A stretch of 62,968 bases of DNA, the filler included, from Neolecta irregularis DAH-3 (lineage: Eukaryota): assembly GCA_001929475.1 (NCBI GenBank). It is 9 parts of 9 records of this genome, joined end to end, with 100 filler letters (N's around TTAATTAATTAA, not from the genome) between each part and the next. Parts side by side here need not be neighbours in the genome. Positions count along the whole stretch, not along the records: positions 21,879 to 32,938 come from LXFE01004230.1; positions 33,039 to 37,911 come from LXFE01004231.1; 7 more parts are not named here. One strand, given 5' to 3'. Made by a program: the position numbers and the translations under genes. Below the pieces are notes generated by a model. It ran no database searches, was not told where the DNA came from, and worked only from the letters and a program-made list of their open reading frames with translations. Shown piece after piece: positions 22,418 to 33,240 of this stretch (positions are counted from its first letter, which is position 1; each line of letters starts with the position of its first letter).

Positions 22418-24303
22418 ATGATATTTCCCCATGCTGCTCCAGCAACGAACCTTGAATGATATGCCCTCTCTGTTTTTGACCCAGTGCTGACTAGGCTACG
22501 CTCTCGCAGGTATTTGTTTTGTTCCATCTGGGTGATACTACCACTTTCAGCTTGACATCAATGCCCGTCCCTCCCGCTATTATAGACGTTCGAGCATCAT
22601 TGTAACTATTGGGCCATCCACAAATAGTGTGGAGATGATCAACAAACTTAGAATAGCCGGTGGCAACATTATTAGAATGAATTTTAGCCATGGAAGTCAT
22701 GAAGTAATAGTATCTCGTTGATAGTATGTTGACTCGGATAGTATCATCAAAGCGTGATTGACAATACTCGTGTCGTTGAGAAGGACTATTCTCATAGATC
22801 GTTGGCTATCGCTCTTGATACTGTGTGTCCTAGTTTCCATGACGCCTGCTCATAATTTACAGAAAGGCCCAGAAATCCGTACCGGAAATACTGTCGATGA
22901 CAGTGACGTATCGATCACGTTCAAACCTGGCTATCTAATTTCTTAGTATCCAATTCTTGCCGGAGATGAGATGATTATTACTACCGACCCAGAATACAGC
23001 CAGAAGTGCACTAATAAGATCATGTATCTCGATTACACCAATCTTGCTAAAGTCATTCGAGTTGGGAAAATAATATATGTCGATGATGGTGTTTTGTCGT
23101 TTGAAGTTCTTGAGATTCAAGATCATCAAAGTGTCAGAGTTCGATGCCTCAACAACGGGAAAATTTCCAGTCGGAAAGGAGTCAATCTTCCGAATACTGA
23201 CGTCGATCTCCCTGCTCTTTCCGAAAAAGACAAGGCCGACTTGAGGTTTGGTGTCAAGAACAACGTTGATATGATTTTTGCTTCGTTTATTCGTCGTGCG
23301 CAAGATATTTTGGATATTCGTGAAGTTCTCGGTGAAGAAGGAAGTGATATCAAGATTATCGCGAAGATTGAGAATCGACAAGGTGTTAACAACTTTGACG
23401 AAATCCTCAAGGAGACTGATGGTGTCATGGTTGCTCGAGGAGATTTGGGAATTGAGATCCCGGCCCCTCAAGTCCTCATTGCTCAAAAGATGCTCATTTC
23501 TAAGTGCAACCGAGCTGGGAAACCGGTTATTTGGTATCTAGCCGCTGTCAGCTGTGGTTTAGACTTTTAGTGCTACGCAGATGTTGGAGTCGATGACTTA
23601 TAATCCTCGACCAACCCGAGCTGAAGTCTCCGACGTCGGGAACGCAGTCCTCGATGGTGCCGACTGGTGCGTGCACATCACAATCATTTGTATGACTGTC
23701 TAGTGTTATGTTGTCTGGGGAAACTGCCAAAGGTAAGTATCCTGAAGCATCTGTTCAGATGATGCACGAAACCGTTCTTATTGCCGAATCCGCAATATGT
23801 TATACTCCTCTATTCAACGAAATTCGCCTCCTTACTCAAAGCCCTATGGACACTGTTGAAACTGTCTGCTGCTCTGCTGTTTCTGCCTCTATGGAACAAG
23901 GTGCCAAAGCAATCATTGTTCTATCAACCAGGTTCTACACCTCACTTACCTGAACTGACATGCAGTGGCAATTCTGCTCGGCTCTGTGCGAAATATAGAC
24001 CGAGTGTCCCAATTCTGATGGTTACCCGAAATGTTCGTGCTAATCGATTCTCTCATCTTTCACGAGGAGTTTATCCTTTTTTATACCCTGAGCCGAAGCC
24101 TACTACTGCTGCGGAATGGCAGAAGGGTGTTGATACACGACTAGAATGGGGCATGAAGCAAGGTATCCAGCTTGGATTGCTTAAACCTGGTGATTCAGTC
24201 ATTGCTGTTCAGGGATGGAGGGGTGGCCATGGAAATACAAACACACTCCGCGTATGCTGTCGGTGGGAAATGAGGCTGATGGTAGATCTTGACCGCTTTC
24301 TAG
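22418..24303 (+). CDS. PYK1: Pyruvate kinase
   Basis: [76 protein letters not shown]; multiple short introns, the first being AT-AC (22459-22499). Confidence 0.97.
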
Positions 24304-24384
24304 AATTGGAGTTGGGCTATTAGCGATTGCCATTATTTGATTTAGCATGCAGATAGGAATCAAAAATTCTATGAACCGAAAACT

Positions 24385-26445
24385 TTATAAAACGCCAATT
24401 CTATACGTTTCCTTTAAAGTCTGTCTATCAACTTCGGACGGACTACCAACCATCAAGTCTGCCCCACTTCCGCTTTTTGGAAAAGCGATAACATCTCTGA
24501 TTGAATCTGTTCCAGCCAGCAGGGCGCATAAGCGATCAAATCCCAGAGCGATCCCACCATGAGGGGGACAACCACTGGCTAAAACGGACAATAGATGATC
24601 AAATGTCTGCAACTTTCCCACAGGAATTTTGAGAACATCTTTGAGAACAAACTTTTGCAACTCGGGGTTATGAATCCGTATACTTCCGCCGCCCAACTCT
24701 ATACCATTCACGACGAGATCGTAATGCTCTGCACGAACTCGGTTTGGATATAGTTGAAGAAGATGAATGTCGTCTAGCTTGGGCGCGGTAAAAGGATGGT
24801 GAGTCGACGCTAAGCCGGCCTTGCCCCCTTGTCCTGGCTCATTGCTCACGGGAGTGAATAAAGGAAAGTCGTAGATCCAGAGGAATTGGAAATCATTGGG
24901 TTTACTAGGTGGTAACAAGTTATATTTCACGGCTTGCTCGTAGAACAACTCCCTCGCTTTCCCAAGAGGTGTTGTTCCGCCCTAATTTGTCATAATAAGA
25001 AATAAAGAGATTATACTGATGTGCAATGGGGTCTGTGGTGAACGATGACCAGATCACCAATTTCGAGCCCGAGAATACTATTTAAATGGTCGACATTTTC
25101 GACTCTGCAGCCTTTTAAACAAGGATTTCCCTCTATCCAGTCCTTCAGATTGAGTTCATTGATTCTCGAGGTAACAGGTCTGGAACCTTGTTTTGTTGAA
25201 CATAGTTCACAAGTGGATGTTCTTAGTGCATTCGACAATGTTCCGCCATTTTTAAGGACGATAGCTTCGATTACCGGGTTGTGGTCAGTTGGCATCACTT
25301 GGTTTGAGATATCTTTGATGAGGAGAGGGTTTCGGAGGTCTGGTTTATCCGAGCCGTACTTTTTAGGATGAGCTTTGGAAGTAAGTGGAGAAATGTACAG
25401 TTGAGATGGCTTGACGGTAGGTTAATCTCTTGAATGGTTTATCCCGGGGGAATTGCATTCCTTTTATTGCTGAGAATATCATTTTGATGATATCTTCGAC
25501 CACATTCTGTATGATTTGAGGGGTCACAAAGGCCATTTCCATGTCCAACTATTTCATGAGGCAGGGTTCAAAGTAGAGATATACCTGAGTAAATTCGGGC
25601 TGGCGATCTGCTCTTAAATCTTCATCTCGAAAACAGCGAGCGATTTGAAAATATTTATCGATGCCGCCGGCCATCAGGATCTGTTTATACTGCTGTGGAC
25701 TCTGAGGAAGGGCGTAGAACTTGCCTGTTTGGCGTGATGGAACGATGAATTCTCTGGCTCCTTCTGGGGTCGATTTGAAGAGCAAGGGAGTCTCGATTTC
25801 GGTAAAGTGGTGCTTATCGAGCAACAAGTTGCGACACAATTGCATTACTTTGGAGCGCATGCGGATATTTTTCTGCAGGGCGGGAGAACGAAGGTCGAGG
25901 TGCCGGTGCTGCAAGCGGACGAGGGGCTTGACTGAGTCGAGGGATGGAGATGACGGGAGAAATGGCAGCGGATCCTGGGCCTTGTTGATCAATGTCACAT
26001 CCTCGACGTCGATCTCAATTTTTTCCAGCGAGGAAGAGATCTGGGGCCTGGGTGAAACGGTGCCGGTGATGTGGACGATGCTTTCTGAGGGGATGCGGGC
26101 GAATTTCTCGATGAGCGCGGGCGAAGGCGAGTTCAAGACGAGCTGGACCGAGCGGGCCGCGGTGTCTCTTAGCAGAAAGAAGCGGAGGCCCTTTGCGATT
26201 TTGCGGTTGGGGACGATGAGCCAGCCATTGAGAGAGACAAAGGCGCCGATGAGATTTGGTGACAGCGTCGAGGGAGAATGGGAGGCGCGCGGGAAGGTGA
26301 CTGCGGGAAATTAGATAAGCGATCCGCAGCAGGCAAACATGCGGGAGTCATGCAGGAACGGCAGCGCCGCATTCACAGACAGCCATCTCCGCGGACACAG
26401 CGGCAAACGACAGCGCGAAAGCGAGCGAGGCAGGAGCGGCGGCAT
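24385..26445 (-). CDS. MSD1: Mitochondrial aspartyl-tRNA synthetase
   Basis: Arg-rich presequence; STPEGAREF, LPQSPQQYKQILM, RCFRDEDLRADRQPEFTQ, YGSDKPDLR, HHPFTAP, PPHGGIALGFDR; first intron GC-AG (26301-26342). Confidence 0.95.
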
Positions 26446-26523
26446 TCGGCATCCACCTCAATATGCCAGGGCAACCCAGAGGCATTAAACTAAATGGCCC
26501 CTAATTAGTAAAACTCCGCCGCC

Positions 26524-26529
26524 TATAAA
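26524..26529 (+). promoter_or_regulatory. TATA box of the snoRNA gene
   Basis: TATAAA about 30 nt upstream of the predicted snoRNA 5' end. Confidence 0.55.
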
Positions 26530-26555
26530 GCCCGCACCCGCCCCTCTCCGCCTCC

Positions 26556-26689
26556 ATCCTTCCACGTTTTACAACGTTATGATGATTGCACTCTTTCAGC
26601 GACCAGCCTTTCCCTCTTTGAGGCAAATGGCTGCTGATGACTGGCGTTCGGCATTCTTGTTACGTTGAGAACGTCTACTGTTTCTGACC
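26556..26689 (+). ncRNA. snR45: Box C/D snoRNA, U13/snR45 type (18S helix 45 ac4C guide)
   Basis: 5' ATCCTTCC complements 18S GGAAGGAT; box C ATGATGA 26579-26585; internal CTGATGA; CTTGTTACG 26656-26664 complements 18S CGTAACAAG; box D CTGA 26684-26687. Confidence 0.85.
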
Positions 26690-26940
26690 CGCTTGCATCT
26701 CGTGGACTGGACCAAGCTGTTATATCCAATAGACTGTACATTTCCTATCTCTCTGTATTGCATCGTACTCCGCAGTTTCTCAGGTGTGGGGTTGCTCAAG
26801 CTGTGCTTCACCACGTAAAAACAGCGGCAGAGCATATAGGGCTACCATACATTTTGTTCTATTTTGATGGGCTCCGCTATCCAGCAGCCCATCGAGATTT
26901 AAGCTATTCCCTACATGAAGCCGGATTGCAAAACCGCCTA

Positions 26941-27899
26941 TTACAGTTCAAGTTTTTTTAACCTTGATGCAATTGCTTCCAGCAGTGCAGGCTGCAGTTT
27001 TGCAGCATTTTTTTTCTTTGCCAGCACCACCTTCTCCCGTGCCTCTCTAAACTTTCTGTTTGGAAACAGCTCTGGAATCTTGAGTGGTTCCTTCTGCGCC
27101 CCCTGCTTTGGTAAATGCCGCCGCCGGAAATCATATTTGCCCAGCTCACGGCGTAATTCAAGAGGAAACGGCGGATTGCGCATAGAGGGTATAAACGTTT
27201 TTTCGAGAACCAGACTCGCAGGAGTATCCCCTGGATATTCTAATGTTGAGCGCTTTGGACAAGAAACAGAGTACCCTCTTTATTCTGTTCCGGCACCGGC
27301 CAAGGTAGAACTCGATTCAGTCCTGGAATATATCTTTTGAACGTAATCTTTCTCAGTTTCCTATCAAAATACATCGGACCCTTCCTAATATGTTTGATTG
27401 CAACACTGTACATCAGCATCAATGTCGGAGAGAGAGCACGTTTGAGTTGTTCCATCTTCATTGGGAATCTCTGCCAATAGCCGAACACTCGAATACGGAA
27501 CCGGACAAGAATACATCATTAGATCAAGGGAAGCTGGGGCGGCTTTGGGCTTTAAGAAACCGGGAATAGGTTTTTCTTTCTATCAGTCATTATCTCACTA
27601 CGGCGAGCGATAGTTGTGTACCATATTGAACCCCTCAACAGTGAGTTCATTGCGTGCTTTATCTATTTCGGTGACTTTCCCTTCTTTGTATTTATTATTC
27701 CCCTGGATGCATTGCACCTTTTCATGTTATTACCAAATCATAGAGACTGTACCAAGTCACCGACTGCGATTCCCCATTTACTAAAACGTAACCGCTCGGG
27801 AATTTCAGGGGAGGTAAACTCGTTCTTGTATTTTTCTGTGCGCCGTTTGCTTAGTTTAATCGTTAAGGGTGGGTTTCGAATAATTGTACGGAAGGACAT
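26941..27899 (-). CDS. Mitochondrial ribosomal protein uL24m (MrpL40-like)
   Basis: KOW-like WGIAVGDLVQCIQG..KEGKVTEIDKARNELTVEGFN; VPYSSVRL; RYIPGLNRVLPWP; TFIPSMRNPPFP; four introns. Confidence 0.75.
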
Positions 27900-28290
27900 G
27901 TTTTAGTGGGAAGAGTTTTAAGAGTTTCGACTTTTCTTGGAGCAATACCAGTCACCAGCTTGTACCTTTAAATTCGTTCTCAGATTAAAAATTAAGATCA
28001 AATTCTGGTTAGTAGTACTCCCGGAACAGACAAGAGCAAATTTAATAGCCAAAAGGAATTCGGCTGTAAAATGTCCAACAGCCATTCGCTCTTCACAATA
28101 TCAATGAAACCCCGTTTAAAGCATACAGAGTCAGGTCCACTTGTCAGTCTCAAAGATAAACTGGTGTAATTAAACATGTTACGATTAACACTACCCACAG
28201 GGAAAGTTTTGGAAAGATGTCTGGTCTTGATTCATTACACCCAAAAAGAAAATCCATGTATACCGTGACCAAAAAAACATAAATACAAGT

Positions 28291-31186
28291 TCAACTCTTA
28301 GCCTTGTCTTTCCTCGCAGTGCCAGGAGTTCGTCCCTTGCGGCCTTTGGGAAATGCATCAACAGCAGGCGTCATAACAGTGCCTTCCTGAGTCTCATGAT
28401 ATTCAATACCACTCAACGTAGCCAAAATTCTCCGCTTTTCGCGTTGAGCGTCTGGATCGCCGTATTTAACACCGCCTTGACTTTGTAGTTGACTGCCGTC
28501 AAAATCGCTATTTGTTCTGTCTTGGAGGAGATTATATTCACTTTCGATGGAAGGTGGAACGGTGGTTATCGAGTTGCTTTCTGACGCAGTCCTCTTTTAT
28601 GTGTTAGTATTTTCAAGGTGAAAAGATATACAGAAATAACTCTACCTTTCAGTCTTTTCTTGGTCCGCGAGTGAGGTACAGTGGTGTTTTGCTCCATAAA
28701 TCTTGCTAAATTTCCAATTTGACTTAGATGTATTGACGGTTTCGTATCTTCAGCCCCAGTCACCAAAGAAACGTTCGACTCGGTAATAGTCTCCAGTTTT
28801 TTCGGTACAGCGCTTGGAGGAGGCGTATTTTCATCCTGTTTTGTAGACATAATTATATTCTTTTGAGAAGACTTCTTTTCTGGAGACACAGATCTCTCAT
28901 ATTGTAGCGCTTTGTTAGGGTCAAATGTGTGTGGAAAGATAGTTTCATCCATTCTCTGGTTATTATTTCGACAGGAAAACAACCAGTGAGGCGAGACGAT
29001 GTACGGACGAGGTTCAACATTCTTGGCCGCTCGGAAATCCTTGTGTGAATCGTTCATATGTGAACTTTGATGGATGAGATGTGTTACTTGTCCCGGTTTA
29101 AATTCACGAAGACAGCCGGCGCCCAGAATTTCCGCAATAGCTAGATATTCGATCTCGCAAGTCTAATAGTCAAAAACAGGAAATACAAAACGACATACAC
29201 TTAATTTCGTGCTGACACATACTACACAACCATCCAAAATATGAGAACGAATTGAATCTTTCGAAATGAATGTAGGCACGTCGTCAAACTTTCTAATGCC
29301 TGGATTTTGTGGGGGTGGAATAACTTTTTGTTTTGCAGTTGGCGCAATAGATTCCTCATTCAAAGTAGAAGCCTCACCTAGTTTCTCAGCAAGATTAAAG
29401 AACAAAAAGGTGTATACCACAATCAATCCTTAAATCATCTCCTTCTTTACCATCCAAAACATACTTTCTAATTCGAGCTATACAACCTATTTCCAAAGTA
29501 TCCCATAACCACGATACTTGAACGATGCGTACACCCCATTCCTTTGCCTTTTGAGCCTTTTGACTTTTCTTACTTGTCTCGTTTAATATAAGAAGACTTC
29601 TTCGTCGATTCAGCGATTCTTCAAACCGAAAGCCTCAGGTTTGCATGTGAAATAAAACAGACATACCTAGCCTAATTAAAATCTTTTTAATATGTAAATG
29701 TTCGATTCCGGAAAACCCGCTCACAGAAACAGAATATTGATTTGCGCCTTGAAAAAATTAGAATACTAGGCAAATAAATAAAAAGTATACCATCCAAGGC
29801 ATGTTGGTTAGTAAAAAGGGGACCAGAAATGATTTCTGATAAAGGGTCCAAGAATGCCTTTCGATGCAGACATTTCTCAATCCACCATTCCGTGATGAGA
29901 TAAGCTCCCTCGACGACAGGTGCGTCCTTTTTCAATGTTGTATGAGGTACTACTACGAAACACGTCTTTTCATTTCCCGAAAATCGAAACATGCCTTTTG
30001 CAATGGAACCGCCGTTATCAATTAAATGTGAGGTTAACAAAGCTGCCTTTCGATTAATTTGAGATTTTCAAGAAATAGATCACCTGTCTATCATCAAAAA
30101 TTGACAGGAAGAATGTCAATCCACTAAATATACCCGTGTCTGGGCTATCCATTTGAAACAGACTATCGTCATTGGTTTCCATTGTAATATCGAATCCGAA
30201 TGATGGTTCGTAAGGTACTTTTGCAGATTGATCAGCCATTTTGACGTCATTATCCTCCCACAAGGATGTCTCCGCTTTCTTCAAGTTTGTAGAATCGTTA
30301 TCCTCGATAAGAATATCCTTCCACACATCTTGGCTGCAAGCCTGACTTGCTTTACTCTTGATGCGTTTTAATGGCCGTCGGTCAGCCGCAGCAACTGGAT
30401 CTGCCGTTCTTTTTGGAGCGATAGGATTCGTCCATGCTCCTTGACCTCTTTTTGAAGGCGATAATAACGGGTCAAATAGCACTTCGTCAAGACAGGCGCC
30501 TCTTTCCAGACTTCGATCAAGCCATTCCGGAGCCACGATTTTCATACCCCATTTTTTGGCAAAATCATATTTCTTTCCGGTTGCTGATGCTGCAACGAGA
30601 TGGGTTACATGTTTTGTGAGGTCTTTACAATAAGTTCCTCCGTTCTCCGTGATTTGTCGCTCGATGATTTCGCGAAAGTCTATATTTCAGATAAACTCGG
30701 ATCAGTGAATACCAGCGGGGAGATTCGTTAGACAGACACTTAGATTATAGAACGGTGGAGATTTATATTTTTGAACGTACTGTTGTTTAGCTTGACGGTA
30801 ATGAAGATGGTATACCTGTTCAACATTGATATCTTCACCGTCTAACCATGCTTTGAACATATCCTCAATCCATTCAGCCCGCATAATTTTCAAATCGGTA
30901 CGGTGCTTAGCGGCGTACTTTATGTCAGTCATTGCATTTTCATATCGATGCTTTATATTTCGGTGTATTAAAGTCTCCAACAATCAAATGCGTAACTTCA
31001 ATAGTCAAGTCATTCGTGTATTTTGCACCCATTTGAACAGCTTGTTTGAACATACTATTCTATTCCGCGTATAAGTACTTGAGATTAATAATTTGTCACC
31101 CTAATTTCTTGAGGAATGGCAGTACAGCATAACATGACACCAATTAAAGGCTGTGAGCTCTTTGAAACTTCGAATTCGGTAGCCAT
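28291..31186 (-). CDS. rad4: Multi-BRCT replication/checkpoint protein Rad4/Cut5 (Dpb11/TopBP1)
   Basis: PLIGVMLCCTAI, MGAKYTNDLTIEVTHLIVGDFNTPKYKYAAKHR, DLTKHVTHLVA and further BRCT W motifs; many short introns including GC-AG 30918-30951. Confidence 0.9.
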
Positions 31187-31443
31187 GATTACTGAAAACG
31201 AAAGAGAAGACTAGATGTGTAGAGTGGAGAACGGGTCGAATCCAGGTGTAGATGATTTTACGCACGTGAACGACGTAGTCGATCCCCACTAGGGCATCTA
31301 CTCCCTCTCTAATTAGCCTCTCACATAATCTGGTGGAGAGATGAACCAGGAATATGTTAAAAAGCAAGTATAAGTTGCTATATTATATATATAATTCTTT
31401 ATATCTATCTAAATATTGGCAAGGGAACAGACAAGCAGGTGGG

Positions 31444-31500
31444 CAGTGTTGGGGACGGGCCATGAGAAGCCCGGCCCATGCTTTTTCACGTGACATTAGA
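31444..31500 (+). mobile_element. hAT-like terminal sequence (left end)
   Basis: CAGTGTTGG followed by GGGCC/GGCCCATG subterminal motifs; related to 38530-38593 (reverse) and 8722-8746. Confidence 0.55.
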
Positions 31501-33240
31501 CAGTACTATTTGGGCAGCGTATCACCCATACCCGCCTTCCTACCTGCCTCACCAACTTGTCTCGCTAGCCTCTCCCATCACTCCCACCTCTCATGAGTCC
31601 CTCCATTCCTGCCTGTCCCTCCTGTCCCTTCCCTCCAGCCAAGTCGGGGATGGGGAAGGGTTGCGTAGAGGCAAGGCACCAGGATCAGGTGGAACAGGAG
31701 CGACTACGGAAGGTATAGATGCGGGTTAGGGAACATTTATAAAAGCAGGAGCGGGTGGACGATTGTTGGGTAGTCCGACATAGCACACAGGAGTAGCAGT
31801 TGATTAAATGCATAGTCAACTGTGCCCGACTAGCATATCAGGCACAAAGACAAAAAAAGGATCGTAGTGAACCTGCGTGATCCCTATCCATCCTCTACCT
31901 ATACATTTGCCGGGGGAAACCGAAGCCTGCATCGGAAAAGTAGTCGCTTGTGCGGTACTGGCGCTTCTGGGAGGGCGGGGGCGAGGTCGACGTCGTCCTG
32001 TGCTCGCAACGCTTCGCGACTGCTGGCTGCTCTTGACATCGCGTTCGGCGTTTGCTTCTTCGCGCTCGGCCAGGAGGTGTTCAACCACCTTCAATCTAGT
32101 AACAACCACGCTATGTTTATCCCTATTATCTACGTGATTATGATGGCCGTGTCCTCGGTTGCTCTGCGCTGCAAAACAGCAAGTCGTTCTTATTTCCCTC
32201 ATTTTCTGATATCAGACAGTGACTGTTCTTCGTCAAGTTTGGATGAAACGAATTACACCTACACTCGTTTTCAACAATATAGATCGATTGATAACAGAGT
32301 TGCGATTAACACCCCTCGATCGTCTGCCGCCTGCCTGTGCTGCCTCTTTGCACTCGACCGCTTTGCATCCGCGAAAGCGCCGCCCAGGCCCTCGCAACCC
32401 TATTCGCACACCTTGACTTGGACTCCATCAGACTCACCTACTCTCCCTAACTCGAAGAATTGACTCTTGAGGTCTGGGTCCGCCCTCGTCTGATCAAGCA
32501 TTCAAAACTCTTCCCAGCATTTTCTACAAGAATTAATGTCCCGTATAGATCCTTTATTCACCCTACTTCTCACACTAATCAGTGGTCCCAGGACTCCAGA
32601 GCCTNNNNNNNNNNTATCAGACTCGCCTACTCTCCCTAACTCGAAGAATCGACTCTTGAGGTCTGGGTCCGCCCTCGTCTGATCAAGCATTCAAAACTCT
32701 TCCCAGCATTTAATAATTAATTTCCCGTATAGATCCTTTATTCACCCTACTTCTCACACTAATCAGTGGTCCCAGGACTCCAGAGCCTCTTGATGCAATT
32801 CCTACTACGCCCAACCAAGAACACAGAGATGTTGGTGGATTACTTCTGCGTGCTGGCGCGTTTGTAACAGCTTCTCGCATTCCGTATTTCAACCAGGAGA
32901 TTCTATCGCTTTCATATCAAGGGTAGAATCCATTGCTANNNNNNNNNNNNNNNNNNNNNNNNNNNNNNNNNNNNNNNNNNNNTTAATTAATTAANNNNNN
33001 NNNNNNNNNNNNNNNNNNNNNNNNNNNNNNNNNNNNNNATGTATAAACCGAGTGTGGAGGTTTGGTAAAGAATAAAATCCACTTCAAGCCCTGAGAAATG
33101 CCGATTAAGATCAAAGGCTTAACCAAGTCACCGAGGACGATGATAACCCCAATAGCAATTGCATTCAACGAATGCAAATTAAACCCCCCTAAAAAACAAT
33201 AGAAAGTCTAATATTTATGTTACAAATCTAACTGTCATTT

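Noticed and set aside
32427-32789. Direct repeat resembling paired LTRs
   Set aside because: Straddles a 10-N gap, no TG...CA ends; probably overlap or allelic artefact.
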